This document shows, piece after piece, positions 20,686 to 32,000 of a stretch of DNA of 32,000 bases. Each line of letters begins with the position of its first letter. Position 1 is the first letter of the stretch. The notes beneath the pieces are model-generated. The model made no database searches. It was not told the origin of the DNA and saw only the letters and a list, made by a program, of their open reading frames with translations. Position numbers and translations under genes: made by a program. Origin of the DNA: Wallemia ichthyophaga EXF-994 (Eukaryota > Fungi > Basidiomycota); contig NW_008806291.1 in NCBI RefSeq assembly GCF_000400465.1, positions 135,680-167,679 on the forward strand, written 5' to 3'.

Positions 20686-21333
20686 TGCTCGCGTCGCGTA
20701 CAAAACATGTAATGGCAGATATGAAGAAGCGAAAAAGAAGGCAAAGGGATATATCTGTAGACAAAACAGTATTTATTGTAATTGGATAATATAAATTCAT
20801 TTTTATGCCGCCAGAAATTTTTTATTTTATCATTTTGGCCACCGCAAAAATTGAAAGTGCCTTCTTGCCTTAGACCAAAGTTCTCACTTGGTGAGTAATT
20901 TGAATAGGTAAATGGACTTGTGTGCGGAAATTTGCTGGATTCATGCACGTATGCACGTGTAGAAGGAGTAAGTATTCGTGGCTTGCAAGTTGAGACTACG
21001 GGATGAGCGGTGCAGAGGATTAGGAGGATTAGGAAGAAGAAGGAGCAGCTATAGGGAAATACGTCAAATATTCATTCAGCGCATATAGGAGTCAGTTAGA
21101 ATATCCTCAGCTGGTTTAACTCGCCCATTCGATGCTCAGAAAAAGCTGTTCAATCACAAGAAATCCCTTCTAAGGAAAGCAATTTAGTCTGCCTACGAGT
21201 AGGCCTTTGAAAGCGCTTTCAGCTTTGAAATTACTCGCTTAGTTGAAGATTTGATCAATCTGGCAAATTTCTACTCACACAGACCATTTACCCCGTACTA
21301 CCACCACACCTACTAACACTCAACTTAGAAAGC

Positions 21334-22119
21334 ATGGCTGTTGGAAAGAATAAGTCGTTCTCCAAGAGAGGTGCCGGTAACAAGCGCCGCGCCGTTGACG
21401 CTTTCGCTAAGAAGGATTGGTACGACTTGAAGGCACCTTCACTCTTCGAGACCCGCAACATCGGTAAGACAGTCGTCAACCGTTCAGCTGGTCTTAAGAA
21501 CGCCGACGACAGTCTTAAGGGACGTATCGTTGAGCTTTCACTTGGTGACCTCAACAAGGATGAGGACCAAGCATTCCGTAAGATGAAGCTCAAGGTTGAC
21601 TCTATCCAAGGCAAGAACTGCTTGACCTCATTCTACGGTATGGATATGACTTCAGACAAGTTACGTTCCTTGGTTCGTAAGTGGCAATCATTGATCGAGG
21701 CACACGTCGATGTCCGTACAACCGACGGCTACTTGGTCAGATTATTCGCTATTGCTTTCACCAAGCGTCGCCCACAACAAGTCAAGAAGACAACATACGC
21801 CAAGTCATCCCAAATCAAGGAGATCCGTAAGAAGATGTTCGATATCATGACTAGAGAGGCCGGCTCTTGTGACTTGAAGCAATTGGTTCAAAAGTTCGTC
21901 CCAGAGGCCATCGGTCGTGAGATTGAGAAGTCAACAAGAAACATCTACCCATTGCAAAATGTTTTCATCAGAAAGGCAAAGATCTTGAAAGCACCAAAGT
22001 TCGAATTGGGCAAGTTATTGGAACAACACGGTGGTGCACAAGCCGCAACTGAAGACTCTGGTGTCAAGGTTTCAAAGGGTACCGACTACGTTGAGCCAGC
22101 ACCACTTGCATCAGTTTAA
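21334..22119 (+). CDS. RPS1: 40S ribosomal protein eS1 (S1/S3a); coding region intronless
   Basis: [55 protein letters not shown]. Confidence 0.98.
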   Translation: MAVGKNKSFSKRGAGNKRRAVDAFAKKDWYDLKAPSLFETRNIGKTVVNRSAGLKNADDSLKGRIVELSLGDLNKDEDQAFRKMKLKVDSIQGKNCLTSFYGMDMTSDKLRSLVRKWQSLIEAHVDVRTTDGYLVRLFAIAFTKRRPQQVKKTTYAKSSQIKEIRKKMFDIMTREAGSCDLKQLVQKFVPEAIGREIEKSTRNIYPLQNVFIRKAKILKAPKFELGKLLEQHGGAQAATEDSGVKVSKGTDYVEPAPLASV

Positions 22120-22389
22120 AATTAGTTTTAGGCTTGTTATGAGAATGCTATATGAGCTTATATAAAACCATTTGTCCGTCTTGTGCTGTGCATAAAATAT
22201 ACAGCGACGTCATTGAGAATTTGATCGACATAAGCTATAAATGTCGGCAAGAGAAGGAGGGAGTGGGGATAGTGATAGGAATGTGTATTGATAATGATTC
22301 TATAAAGAAATAAAATAAAAAAATGATTTGCGTTTAGTTTCATAAACCTTTGATTCAAGTCTCGGTTGGATTCTTGGATACTCACCGCG

Positions 22390-23890
22390 ATGAGCGAGAA
22401 TGTGGAAAGGAACTGGATGAGAATATTTAAGAGGACACAGACAAACCTGGATGATAGTCAAGGGGAATCGACAAAGTCCAAGTTGATACGTCGCGTGGCG
22501 TCTGCGCCAAACACAAACAAGTTGTTCAAGAAGAGCAGCAGCAATCTACTCAGCCCGTTAGAGAAGAACAACATCTACGATTCAAATCACAATACATCCG
22601 AGAATACCATTTCCTCCACTTCAACCTCCACCAAATATCAAACATTGGATCATACATCGATTGAGAAGGCTGACAAGTTTGATAAGGTTGTGACCAAAAG
22701 CCCCTCCAAACCCCCGTTTAAACGAACTTACAGCTCCAACTCAATCAAGACTAGAGTGGTATGTCCTTCCCCCTTTGGTATATTCACATTCCTTATCCGT
22801 ACCTACACAGGCTCAAGTCACACCCGCGTCATTTGAAAAGATTAAATTACTCGGCAAAGGTGACGTTGGAAAGGTTTTCTTGGTCCGCGAAAAGTCGTCT
22901 GGCTCTTTGTTCGCTATGAAAGTTCTTAACAAGCGGGAAATGGTGAAGCGTAATAAGATCAAGAGAGCTTTAGCAGAGCAAGAAATCTTATCAACCTCCA
23001 ATCATCCCTTTATCGTCACTTTACATCATTCTTTTCAATCTGCCTCGTATTTGTACTTCTGTATGGAGTACTGCATTGGTGGTGAGTTCTTTAGAGCATT
23101 GCAAACAAGGCCAGGCAGGTGTCTATCAGAAAATGATGCCAAGTTTTACGCTGCAGAGGTCATAGCAGCGCTGGAATATTTACACTTGATGGGCTACGTT
23201 TATAGAGATCTTAAGCCTGAAAATATTCTCCTCCACTCCTCAGGTCACCTCATGCTCAGCGATTTTGATCTCTCGAAGCAAGGCAAGACAACCGGTGGTG
23301 GTGCTCCAACGATGAAGCACGGTCAAAATGGTTTACCTATTTTAGACACGAGGAGCTGTGTCGCTGATTTCCGCACCAACTCGTTCGTTGGTACTGAGGA
23401 GTACATTGCACCTGAAGTTATACGCGGACATGGTCATACTTCGGCCGTTGATTGGTGGACACTCGGTATACTCATCTATGAGATGATATTCGCAACTACA
23501 CCATTCAAAGGCTCAAATCGGAATATGACATTTTCAAACGTCTTGAAGCAAGATGTAGATTTCCCTGACTCGTACCATAACATGTGCTCTTCATCTGGAC
23601 GCTCACTCATACGCAAATTACTCATCAAGGATGAGAACAAGCGTTTAGGATCTACATCTGGTGCAAGTGAAGTCAAGCAACACAAATGGTTCAACACTCT
23701 CAATTGGGGATTATTGCGTAACTTGAAACCACCAATTATTCCACGTAACGGGAATGAAACAGATGCTGTAAATTTCCGTCACTTACGTGAATCGAGGTCG
23801 ATTGATTTCGATAATCAAACAATTCAATCAAAGAATGATACCATTGATCCATTCCGGTTTTTCGCTAGCGTAACAAGACTTACAGATTAA
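22390..23890 (+). CDS. FPK1: AGC Ser/Thr kinase, Nrc-2/Kin82/Fpk1 (flippase kinase) family; one intron at ~22760-22809
   Basis: RRVASAPN motif; [15 protein letters not shown]; YRDLKPEN; DFDLS; [14 protein letters not shown]. Confidence 0.88.
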
Positions 23891-23990
23891 GTTTATTAGT
23901 TTCGGATAGATTATTACTATATCTCATTAGATTTATATTGTAGACACTGTAAATTATTCATGTCTCTATGGCTTCTTGATTGATGGTGTC

Positions 23991-25424
23991 ATGGCGTCAT
24001 TGAGGGATTTGCCAACAGAGCTACTGCTAAAGATTATTGATTGGTTGGATTTGAAGGATGTTGTACACTTAAGTGGAGTGAATAGGCTATTATACAGTGT
24101 AGCGATATCGAACACAGTGTGGTATTCAATCAATCAGCGAACACTCCCAGAAGTAGATATCGACAGCTGGATGATGAAGCTAGGATTGAGTGATCGTGAC
24201 TTGTACACGAATGTGACGAGATATGCCAAGTCATTTACCTATGTCCATGCTGGAAATGTGTATCCTCAGGGCCATTTACTTGACTGGACGATATCCGCAA
24301 CTGAGCCAATATCCCAAGGGAAGCTGGTGAGCATTACCAACACTTTTACGCCCACGCCCGCATATACCAGTGCACTCGAGCAAGCGCGATGGATATATGT
24401 GAACGACGCCAACATACTACTCAACGATGTTATCAGCGATTATGTAGAAGCAGGACTGCGCATAACGGAGGAAAGAGTGAGCGATATAGCAGTCAAGTTC
24501 ACCGGATCGCCAAGTTGGCCAGTTATCGCGGTAGATGTGGAGAGTGGGGCGGAGAAGCGCATGGAGGGATACAGAAGCGAGGATGTACCGATACGCCATC
24601 TGCTCTGTCCTAAACATGAAGATGAAGACCATGTCGAGGAGACTTACTTGCAGACCCACCCCTTTCACCACCTCACCCCGTTCCTCGCACAGAGACGCGG
24701 CATTGTTTCGGTTTTCCACTTCAATCGCCCTTACCCTTGGCCAGAAGACGAGCCTCTGGAAACTGTCCAGCTTGTTCAGCCTGGCGATGGCGCGCCAACA
24801 GATAGCGATAGCGATATAGTGGGTTACTATGCAGGCACATATGGCGGACATGGCATCGAAGTGCTTGGCATGCGCCGCTTCAATAGCGCAGATGGGTGGG
24901 CGTGAATTCTCAGTCAGCGCGATTCTCACTCTAACTTTATCGCAGAAGACCCCTGCTGGAATTCGTCAAGGTGACTGGAGACGACAATGTGCCGAGGTGG
25001 GTTTGCATTGCTGGGCAGCTATGTTATAGACAGCTACTGATGCGCTGTGCGTTGCACTGGCAGAGGACTAGTGTCTTTGCGCGTCTTCCTTGATGAAGAG
25101 GTTCGCGATACGGAGCTCGTCAGCGACCAACACGAAAGCAGACTGTCCTCAGACGATAACCTCCCGTGGCCGATAGACAGCCCTACACGACCGGCAGGCG
25201 TGTCGTTCGCAGGGGTTGGGAAAATAGCACACAGCGTGAGTTGCATTCTTGGTCTCGTTTCTCATTCACAGTGCTCATACTCACACGCATCCTCTTGCTG
25301 CTTCTTTCAGTCATACACATCCCCCAGCTGGACTAACGTGGTCGTGCACATCGAGAAGGAGAATCTGGTGTACGCGCGTTGGACAGACTTGCGCAATACG
25401 CTTATAATGAAAAGGTTCTTGTGA
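23991..25424 (+). CDS. F-box protein with an FBXO31/DUF3506-like C-terminal domain, multi-exon
   Basis: LRDLPTELLLKIIDWL F-box; GYYAGTYGGHGIEVL and spliced EFVKVTGDDNVPR motifs. Confidence 0.7.
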
Positions 25425-25490
25425 TTCGTTTCAATACATTCTTTCTATCGTCTGTGCCTTGGATAGAGACGATTACGACCACAAGAATTC

Positions 25491-26350
25491 ATGTCAGACG
25501 CACAGCTTAAAGCGCAGAAAAGACAGGAGAGACTGCTCGCCAAGAGTACAGATAGACTGGCGAAGCTGACGGGAGGATCAGCAGACAGAGTGGTCAGTGA
25601 TACAGGTGGTGCGTAAGCTGAGGATTGAGTTGGTGGATTCTAAGCTGTATTGTAGGCAGAGAGAAAGTGGAAAAGGGCTCAGATAGCGTAGGAAATACAG
25701 GCAATACACTCAAATCAAACGTGGAAGATCCAGGTGATATCGACCTCGCAGATATTGCTGGCCAGACAGCCAGCATGGATGAGGTGGATAGCGACAAAGC
25801 TTTCAGGTCTTTGCTTGAGCAGCGCAGTGGTGATATACCAGATATACCATCATTTGAACAGCTGTTGCGTAGTCAGTCAACAGCACCAGAACAACAGACA
25901 GCCATGCCGAAACCACGTAATGAGCGTATGTTGGCGGTAATAAGAGTCATGCGAGTAATCTCTGTGGTTGGTTTGAGCGTATTTGCAGTCATTCACTCAA
26001 GTATTCTGCCATGGCATGAATCATTTTCAACACTAGCTAGCGCAGATTCAGAGAAGAGGTTGCAAGATACAAATGCAGATGGTGCTGGTGTTGCATTCTT
26101 CCCTCTTTGGTCGACCTTGTTGCCGTTGCAGATCTTCTTCTACGTCCTAACTTCACATCTCTCTCCAGAAAGCCAGACAAAGTTCAAAAGGCTACCCGAA
26201 TGGGCGCAAGGGCTGCTAGAATCACCATTAGTACCTAGATGGATAACTAATGTGTTTAGATGGTTGAAGATAGCCAGCCATTTCCTCGATGACCTTGCAT
26301 TGGCCGTTTTTACCATAGTTGCGATTGAAGTTGTATCAGAATACATGTAG
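25491..26350 (+). CDS. GET2: GET complex receptor Get2/CAML-like membrane protein
   Basis: N-terminal AQKRQERLLAKSTDRLAKLTGG basic motif, then an intron; hydrophobic C-terminal segments. Confidence 0.6.
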
Positions 26351-26385
26351 AAAAGGGTATATATAATGCATAAATTAAAGATAGA

Positions 26386-27080
26386 TCATTTGTCAATATC
26401 AGTAAAATCATCATCTGTGCTCATATCTGACACGGCACCAGCGTTATTTGTGGGTAGGGATTGATTCATATGTTGAGCTTCATCGTTCATTCTATCCAAC
26501 CACCTTTGTAATAAGTTTGCGTTATCATTCTTGAGGTCTTGATTACGTAATTCGACTTGATCTAGTTCTAGCTTGAGCGTAGCGAGATCATCCTGAAGGG
26601 ATTCAATACCACGTTCACGTTCACGCTTACCTTCGAAGTCATCCTCTCTAGCTTTGGTGAGGCGACTCACGGAGGCTTTTAAAGAAAGATTTTCAGCTTC
26701 AATAGCTCTAAGAGAGTTATCCTTATCTCTGAGTAGCTCGTTGAGGTTGAGAAGTTTAAGGTTGTGAATATTTTGAGATTTATAAAAGTTGGTGAGTTCA
26801 TCCCTATAAGAATGTAATTGAGATTGTAAGGATTGAATAAAGGCAGATTGAATGTTTTCGTTTGAATCGAGAGGTGTCTCAGATGCTTTAAGTAGGGTTA
26901 AATTCTCCTGTTTTAACTGAATGAATTGTTGAAGTAGTATCTTAACTGGATCGAGTGTTTATTAGACTTATAAGTATATTTGTATACCCTATACACACAA
27001 TTATCCGTATAGAAATTATTTAAGCTCTGTTTCTTATCCCTTTCTAATAAATTTAACCTTAATTGATCAATCCACATCAT
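26386..27080 (-). CDS. ATG16: Autophagy protein Atg16 (coiled coil)
   Basis: MWIDQLRLNLLERDKKQ; ELTNFYKSQ; NANLLQRWLDRMNDEAQHMN. Start ATG uncertain (27077-27095). Confidence 0.75.
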
Positions 27081-27101
27081 CGTCATCAACAACATTGAGT
27101 A

Positions 27102-27930
27102 ATGCCACAACCAAAGAAAACCGTTTTATTGAAGGTGATTAGGGCAATTTATTGGAGTTAAATGTGGCTGATATAACTCCACACAGGTTATTATCCTTGG
27201 TGACTCTGGGTTAGTCTTTGTAGCCCTAATAGCCATTCTAACACATCCACAGCGTTGGAAAGACTTCTCTTATGAATCAATACGTTAACAAGCGTTTCTC
27301 TAATCAATACAAGGCTACTATTGGCGCTGATTTCCTAACAAAGGAGGTTGTAGTTGATGATAGAGTGGTTACTATTCAAGTGGGCATACACTTTATATCA
27401 ACATCCTGCTCCCTTCTAACTCCCTTCTCCAGCTCTGGGACACCGCTGGTCAAGAACGATTCCAATCCTTAGGCGTTGCTTTCTATCGTGGCGCTGATTG
27501 TTGCGTTTTGGTGTACGACGTTAACAACGCAAAGTCATTCGAAACCCTTGACAGCTGGAGAGACGAATTCCTTATCCAAGTTAGTTCCCTAGATTTCTTA
27601 TCTTATCCATCCCCCTTAACACTCCACACGCAGGCTTCTCCCCAAGACCCCGTTAACTTCCCTTTTGTCCTTCTTGGTAATAAAATTGATACTGAGGACT
27701 CTAAACGCGCCGTCTCTCAAAAGAAAGCAACCAATTGGTGTCAATCTAAAGGTAACATCCCTTACTTTGAAACTTCTGCTAAAGAAGCCATCAACGTTGA
27801 ACAAGCTTTTCAAACTATCGCACGCAACGCTTTAGTTCAAGAAGCTGAGGTTGAGTTATACGCAAACTACCCTGATCCTATCAGAATCGATCAAGACAGC
27901 TCTCAATCTTATGGTAGATGTGAGTGTTAG
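27102..27930 (+). CDS. YPT7: Rab7 GTPase, multi-exon
   Basis: Spliced [11 protein letters not shown]|VIILGDSG|[47 protein letters not shown]; CxC prenylation end. Confidence 0.96.
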
Positions 27931-28240
27931 CATGGCAACCACAATAATACCTCTCTCCTTGGATTAGGACGTCTACTCGAGTACTATCTACAATTACCGT
28001 CTTTCTCAACCTCCACCTCCTCTCCTTTTTAATTACTTTTCAATTGTTTTTTCTTCAAACATTTCAACGACAAATGTACAAAGTTTAAATATATATATAT
28101 ATAGCGTAAAATACATGTCTCAATCGAGCTTTCTCTTGTTTTCGTACAATTTGATTATTAAATATAGTTTGTCTCATTTCTTTTTTTTTTCGTCTTTGAG
28201 TGGTGGAATGCCATCTTGACTTAAAGACTCAGAGTGATAT

Positions 28241-31012
28241 TTAATCTGACTCACTACCTGAATCTGAGACTGAATCACTATCAGATCCAGAAGATGCTTC
28301 ATCATTCTCAACCATCGCTCCAACCCCACTGATATCTGCTCCTTCTGTTGATCCGCCCTCGAATGACTTGAGCTTTGCTTCTAATGCTTGTATCTTTAAA
28401 GCTTCTTCATCTTCATTCATTGACTTTCTCTTCACTCCACCTGTACCTGCACGCTTTGGTGGTCTTGGTTGTAAATCCACGTCTACGTGCTGCTTATTGT
28501 ATGGACCTCTCTTCTGCTTCTGAGGCTTCACGACGAACATGTAAAGCTTTTGTAACGTCTTCGTTGGCAATACGTCAATATCCAATTCAATCTCGTCACT
28601 ATTATTATCAAGATCTAACGTCTCATAAATAATCTTGATAGCTTTGTCTAATTGATCTCCTTCCAGCTGTTGAATTTTACCTGCCAATTCTTTCTTCATG
28701 TCGAATGTTATCTCAGGTACTTGGTAATTCTCATCATCTTCATCGTATGATTTCCTACGAGGTCTACCAACTTGTCCACCTGTGGATCCCCTCTTACCTC
28801 CTCTACCTCCACCCCCATTAGCTGTAGTAGATCCTGCTGCTGCTCTACCTGTAACACCTCCACCTTTCTTGAAATCATTCAATGATTTTTGCATATCTTC
28901 AATCTGGCGTTGAAGAGCTTTAACTGTATCTGAATTTTCGTCATCTGATATTTCAAGAGGTGTTGATAATGGTGGTAATTGCGTCCACTTGTCGTCAAAT
29001 ACCTTCTCTGTTTGTTTACCTGCTTCATGAACAGGTGTTCCAGGTGGGTTATACTTGTAACAGTTCCCAAGCATCAGCTTCATATCACTAAAGAAATCAT
29101 TCGGTCCTTCATAATCACCGTAGTTGAATTTCTGACCAATCGTCGACAAGTCCATTGGCTGTTGGATTACCTGAGGATAATCTGGTAATCCGAGTGCAAG
29201 ATAATCGACAGGATCGTAAAATGGTGCTGCGTATGAAGAATGCACCTTCTTGTGAAGCTCTTTTAAAATAAATGCACAATGACGCATCTGATCTGCTGTT
29301 CCATTACGACCATAAGCAGTTGTTTTGCGCCGTCTTCCACGATTTGCATCATTTGCTTGCTGTGCTGTTACTGGCTGTTGAGTATCTCTACGTGGTCTAC
29401 CTGTTTCTTGAGAACGTCGTGGTGCTCCTCTTCCCCTACTGGTGGATGGTACAGCATCATTAGTCTGCAGATTACGTTAGCTGTGCAACAAAATTTATCT
29501 AAAACCACTCACGCTTGGTGGCATTTTCTTCAACTGCTTGTCAAATGATTCTTCAACTTGCTTTCCCATTTTAGACACAGGGTGCTCAACGCCATTGAAC
29601 CATTCAGTGTTTCTGAAAATTCTGCGAACATCTGCCTCCCAATCATTAAAGTTGTGATAGCCTCCTTCCTCAGCTTTGATGGTCTTTTGTACCCTTCTGT
29701 CAACGCTACCAAGATCTGATGGTTCAGAGATGACTTCTGGGTAATGTGGCACACCTAAAGACATGTAATCAACAGGTGTGAGAAATGGGACTGCAGCTTT
29801 CATCTTTTTCAACTGCTTCATCAATGTTGAGACATATTTGAGCTGGTTAAACGAGAATGATGGCCCTCCAGGTATACCAATGGCTGCAGAACGTGGAGGG
29901 AGTTTGCTACCATTTGGAAGAATGATAGGTTCTGTACCTGCGGGTGTTGGTGGCACGATCGGTGGAGCAGAAGACGTATCTTCACCATCTGGATAATCAT
30001 GAGCATCGTGAGCCACCACCCCTGGTGCATCAAACGGTTGCGGTTGGTGCTCTACTTGATATGCTTCGTATGGTTGCTGAGGTGTTTCTACTTTAACAGA
30101 TTGCCCATTCACTCCTTCATCAGTTTGTTCTGGTTCTGCTTTGACTGCATGGTGCTCTTGTGGGTTTGATTTACCAGCTTGTTGATACGGTGCTACTTCC
30201 TCACCTTGAGCATCAGCAGGTTGTGCCTGCGATTGTGCTGTGACTTCCATTGCCTGTGGTTGGGGTTCAGTCGAACTTGCAGCGACAGGTTGGTGAGTTT
30301 GCTCAAGTGGTGGTTGGGCTACAGCATCAGTAGAAGGTGGCAAGGATGAGTGGGTAAGATTTGGCTGTGGTTCGGAAGACTGCTGCACTTCGGGTTGGGG
30401 TGGTGCCAGTGGTTGATTAAGAGGCTGTGGTTGGCCTTCGGCAGCAATAGCGGGCTTAACATCTAATGACTCAGCTGATGGTGCCTCTGTTGATGGCTCT
30501 ACTGGTGCTGCCGATGTCTCAGATTGAGTAACAGGAGCTGGGAGTGCTGGAGAGTCTGCTTTAACAGTCTGAGGTACTTGTGAGGGTTGAAAGTGTTGCG
30601 GCGTGTCAGCAGGAATGTCAGTTGGTGTAGCCATTGCGGCAGGTTGAGGTGTTGGAGGATCTTGAGGAATTGGAGTAGGCTGAGTAGATTGATTTAACTG
30701 ATCTGATTCCAAAGGAGGTTGTGGAGGTTCAGAGGGAGCGGGAGTTGGAAGTTGATTTGATTGATGAAAATTCTCAAGCTTCTCAGGACCATCTAAAGGC
30801 TTAGTAGTTGGATTATCGATAACTTGAAACACGTTAATAAGACTAATAGTATACATTAACAACATTTACACACCTTGTGACAAAGGTAAGGATACATGAT
30901 TTGATGATGTCGATCTAAGATCAGATTCTTGTGGCTGATCGTATTTCTGTCTCTTATTACTAACATCTCCTTCCTCTTCAGATAGTGGCCTTTTATCTTC
31001 TACTATTGACAT
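28241..31012 (-). CDS. BDF1: BET-family double-bromodomain plus ET-domain protein, multi-exon
   Basis: Two bromodomains (PFLTPVDYMSLGVPHYPEVI; PFYDPVDYLALGLPDYPQVIQQPMDL); ET domain (ITFDMKKELAGKIQQL..EIELDIDVL); P/Q-rich N-terminus. Confidence 0.93.
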
Positions 31013-32000
31013 TGTCTTTCAAACTAAAAATCAATCACGGTTCAGATTCAATTTTTAATTTTTATTAAAATTAATTTTGACACGCGCAAAATTTACTGTT
31101 GGATGTACGAGAACAACAAGCGGAATGATATACCCAGCCGGTCCGATCACGTGAAAATAATCTCAAAATTTAAATTTCACCAAAAATTAATACTTTTTGG
31201 CGATTAAAAATTATTTTATTGTAAAGCATGTAGGCTTTGTCATGGATATATGTTTTTTATTTGGCTAGACTGCGTATAAGGCGATTTATCAGCCGCAGAG
31301 ACTGCTGACGTGGTAATTTTAGTGCGAGTCGGTGACCGCTGATTTTGAGATTTGTAAGCATATTAAATAGCGTTGTTGTGGTCATTGGCGGTGGTGGCAA
31401 TGTAAGCTACCAACGTGCAATCACGCAATCAGTGTGTCAGCAGCAAGCCATCCTTCAGCCGATGACAGCTGTGATCCAGCTGGAATATCTTGAGATATTC
31501 AAAGTTAACACTGGGTGTATAATGACTCTTAAATCCTACTAGACCTAGAGTCACCAATAAACTTTTTGCGGCGATATTCCCAACCCTCTCAATCGACAAG
31601 ATTATACCGGATTGCTACCTTTAAATTACTTGTATACCTTTCCAGATCATGGTTGTTGTTCTGCTAAACTTGATACGGCCTCGACAGGGGCTGTCTGTAA
31701 CCTCTCCTATCTCCCAATCCACGCTTCAAAACCTCACTGTCCCTTACTTACTAATAAATTGCTTGATATCTCGTTCTGTATTCCTTTCTTACATTCTCTC
31801 CATTCATCCCTCCTGACCTCACGAATCGTGTTGTTGATCGACCAAAAAATGACCGTTTTCGGTGTAAAATTGCATTTGAAAAATTAACAATCCAAGAATG
31901 TTGGATGTCTTGAGTATTATAAGCTGCTTATAAGCCTTTTGTCGGTTAAATGGAGATTGCGGCTCAAACTATCGAATTATCTTTGTTGATTATGAGGATC

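Overview
Very gene-dense fungal (basidiomycete-like) genomic DNA. It has short (~45-60 nt) GT-AG introns and tiny intergenic spacers. This resembles compact genomes such as Wallemia, which is an inference and not a lookup. About 22 protein-coding genes can be supported, mostly housekeeping: M20 peptidase end, CUE/Smr nuclease, small HNH protein, RPL35A, SAP/NuSAP-like protein, PPTase, TSR4, GLTSCR1-domain protein, P-loop kinase, EngB GTPase, two F-box proteins, DUF2408-like protein, UBA4, cystinosin, WDR70, RPS1/S3a, Nrc-2/Fpk1 kinase, GET2-like, ATG16, YPT7 and BDF1. The outstanding anomaly is a 354-bp element with no credible coding region, present twice in inverted orientation (14315-14668 and 18199-18552, 351/354 identical by manual alignment). 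It folds into a multi-helix RNA with GNRA loops and G.U pairs on one strand. One end resembles IS200/IS605 (IscB omegaRNA-type) ends. Its two copies bracket UBA4 and cystinosin, and one copy abuts the WDR70 start codon. Other oddities are divergent gene pairs with start codons only ~6-50 nt apart, an intron-split start codon in RPL35A, and an unusually long structured 5'-UTR intron in RPS1. Exon boundaries were inferred by eye.
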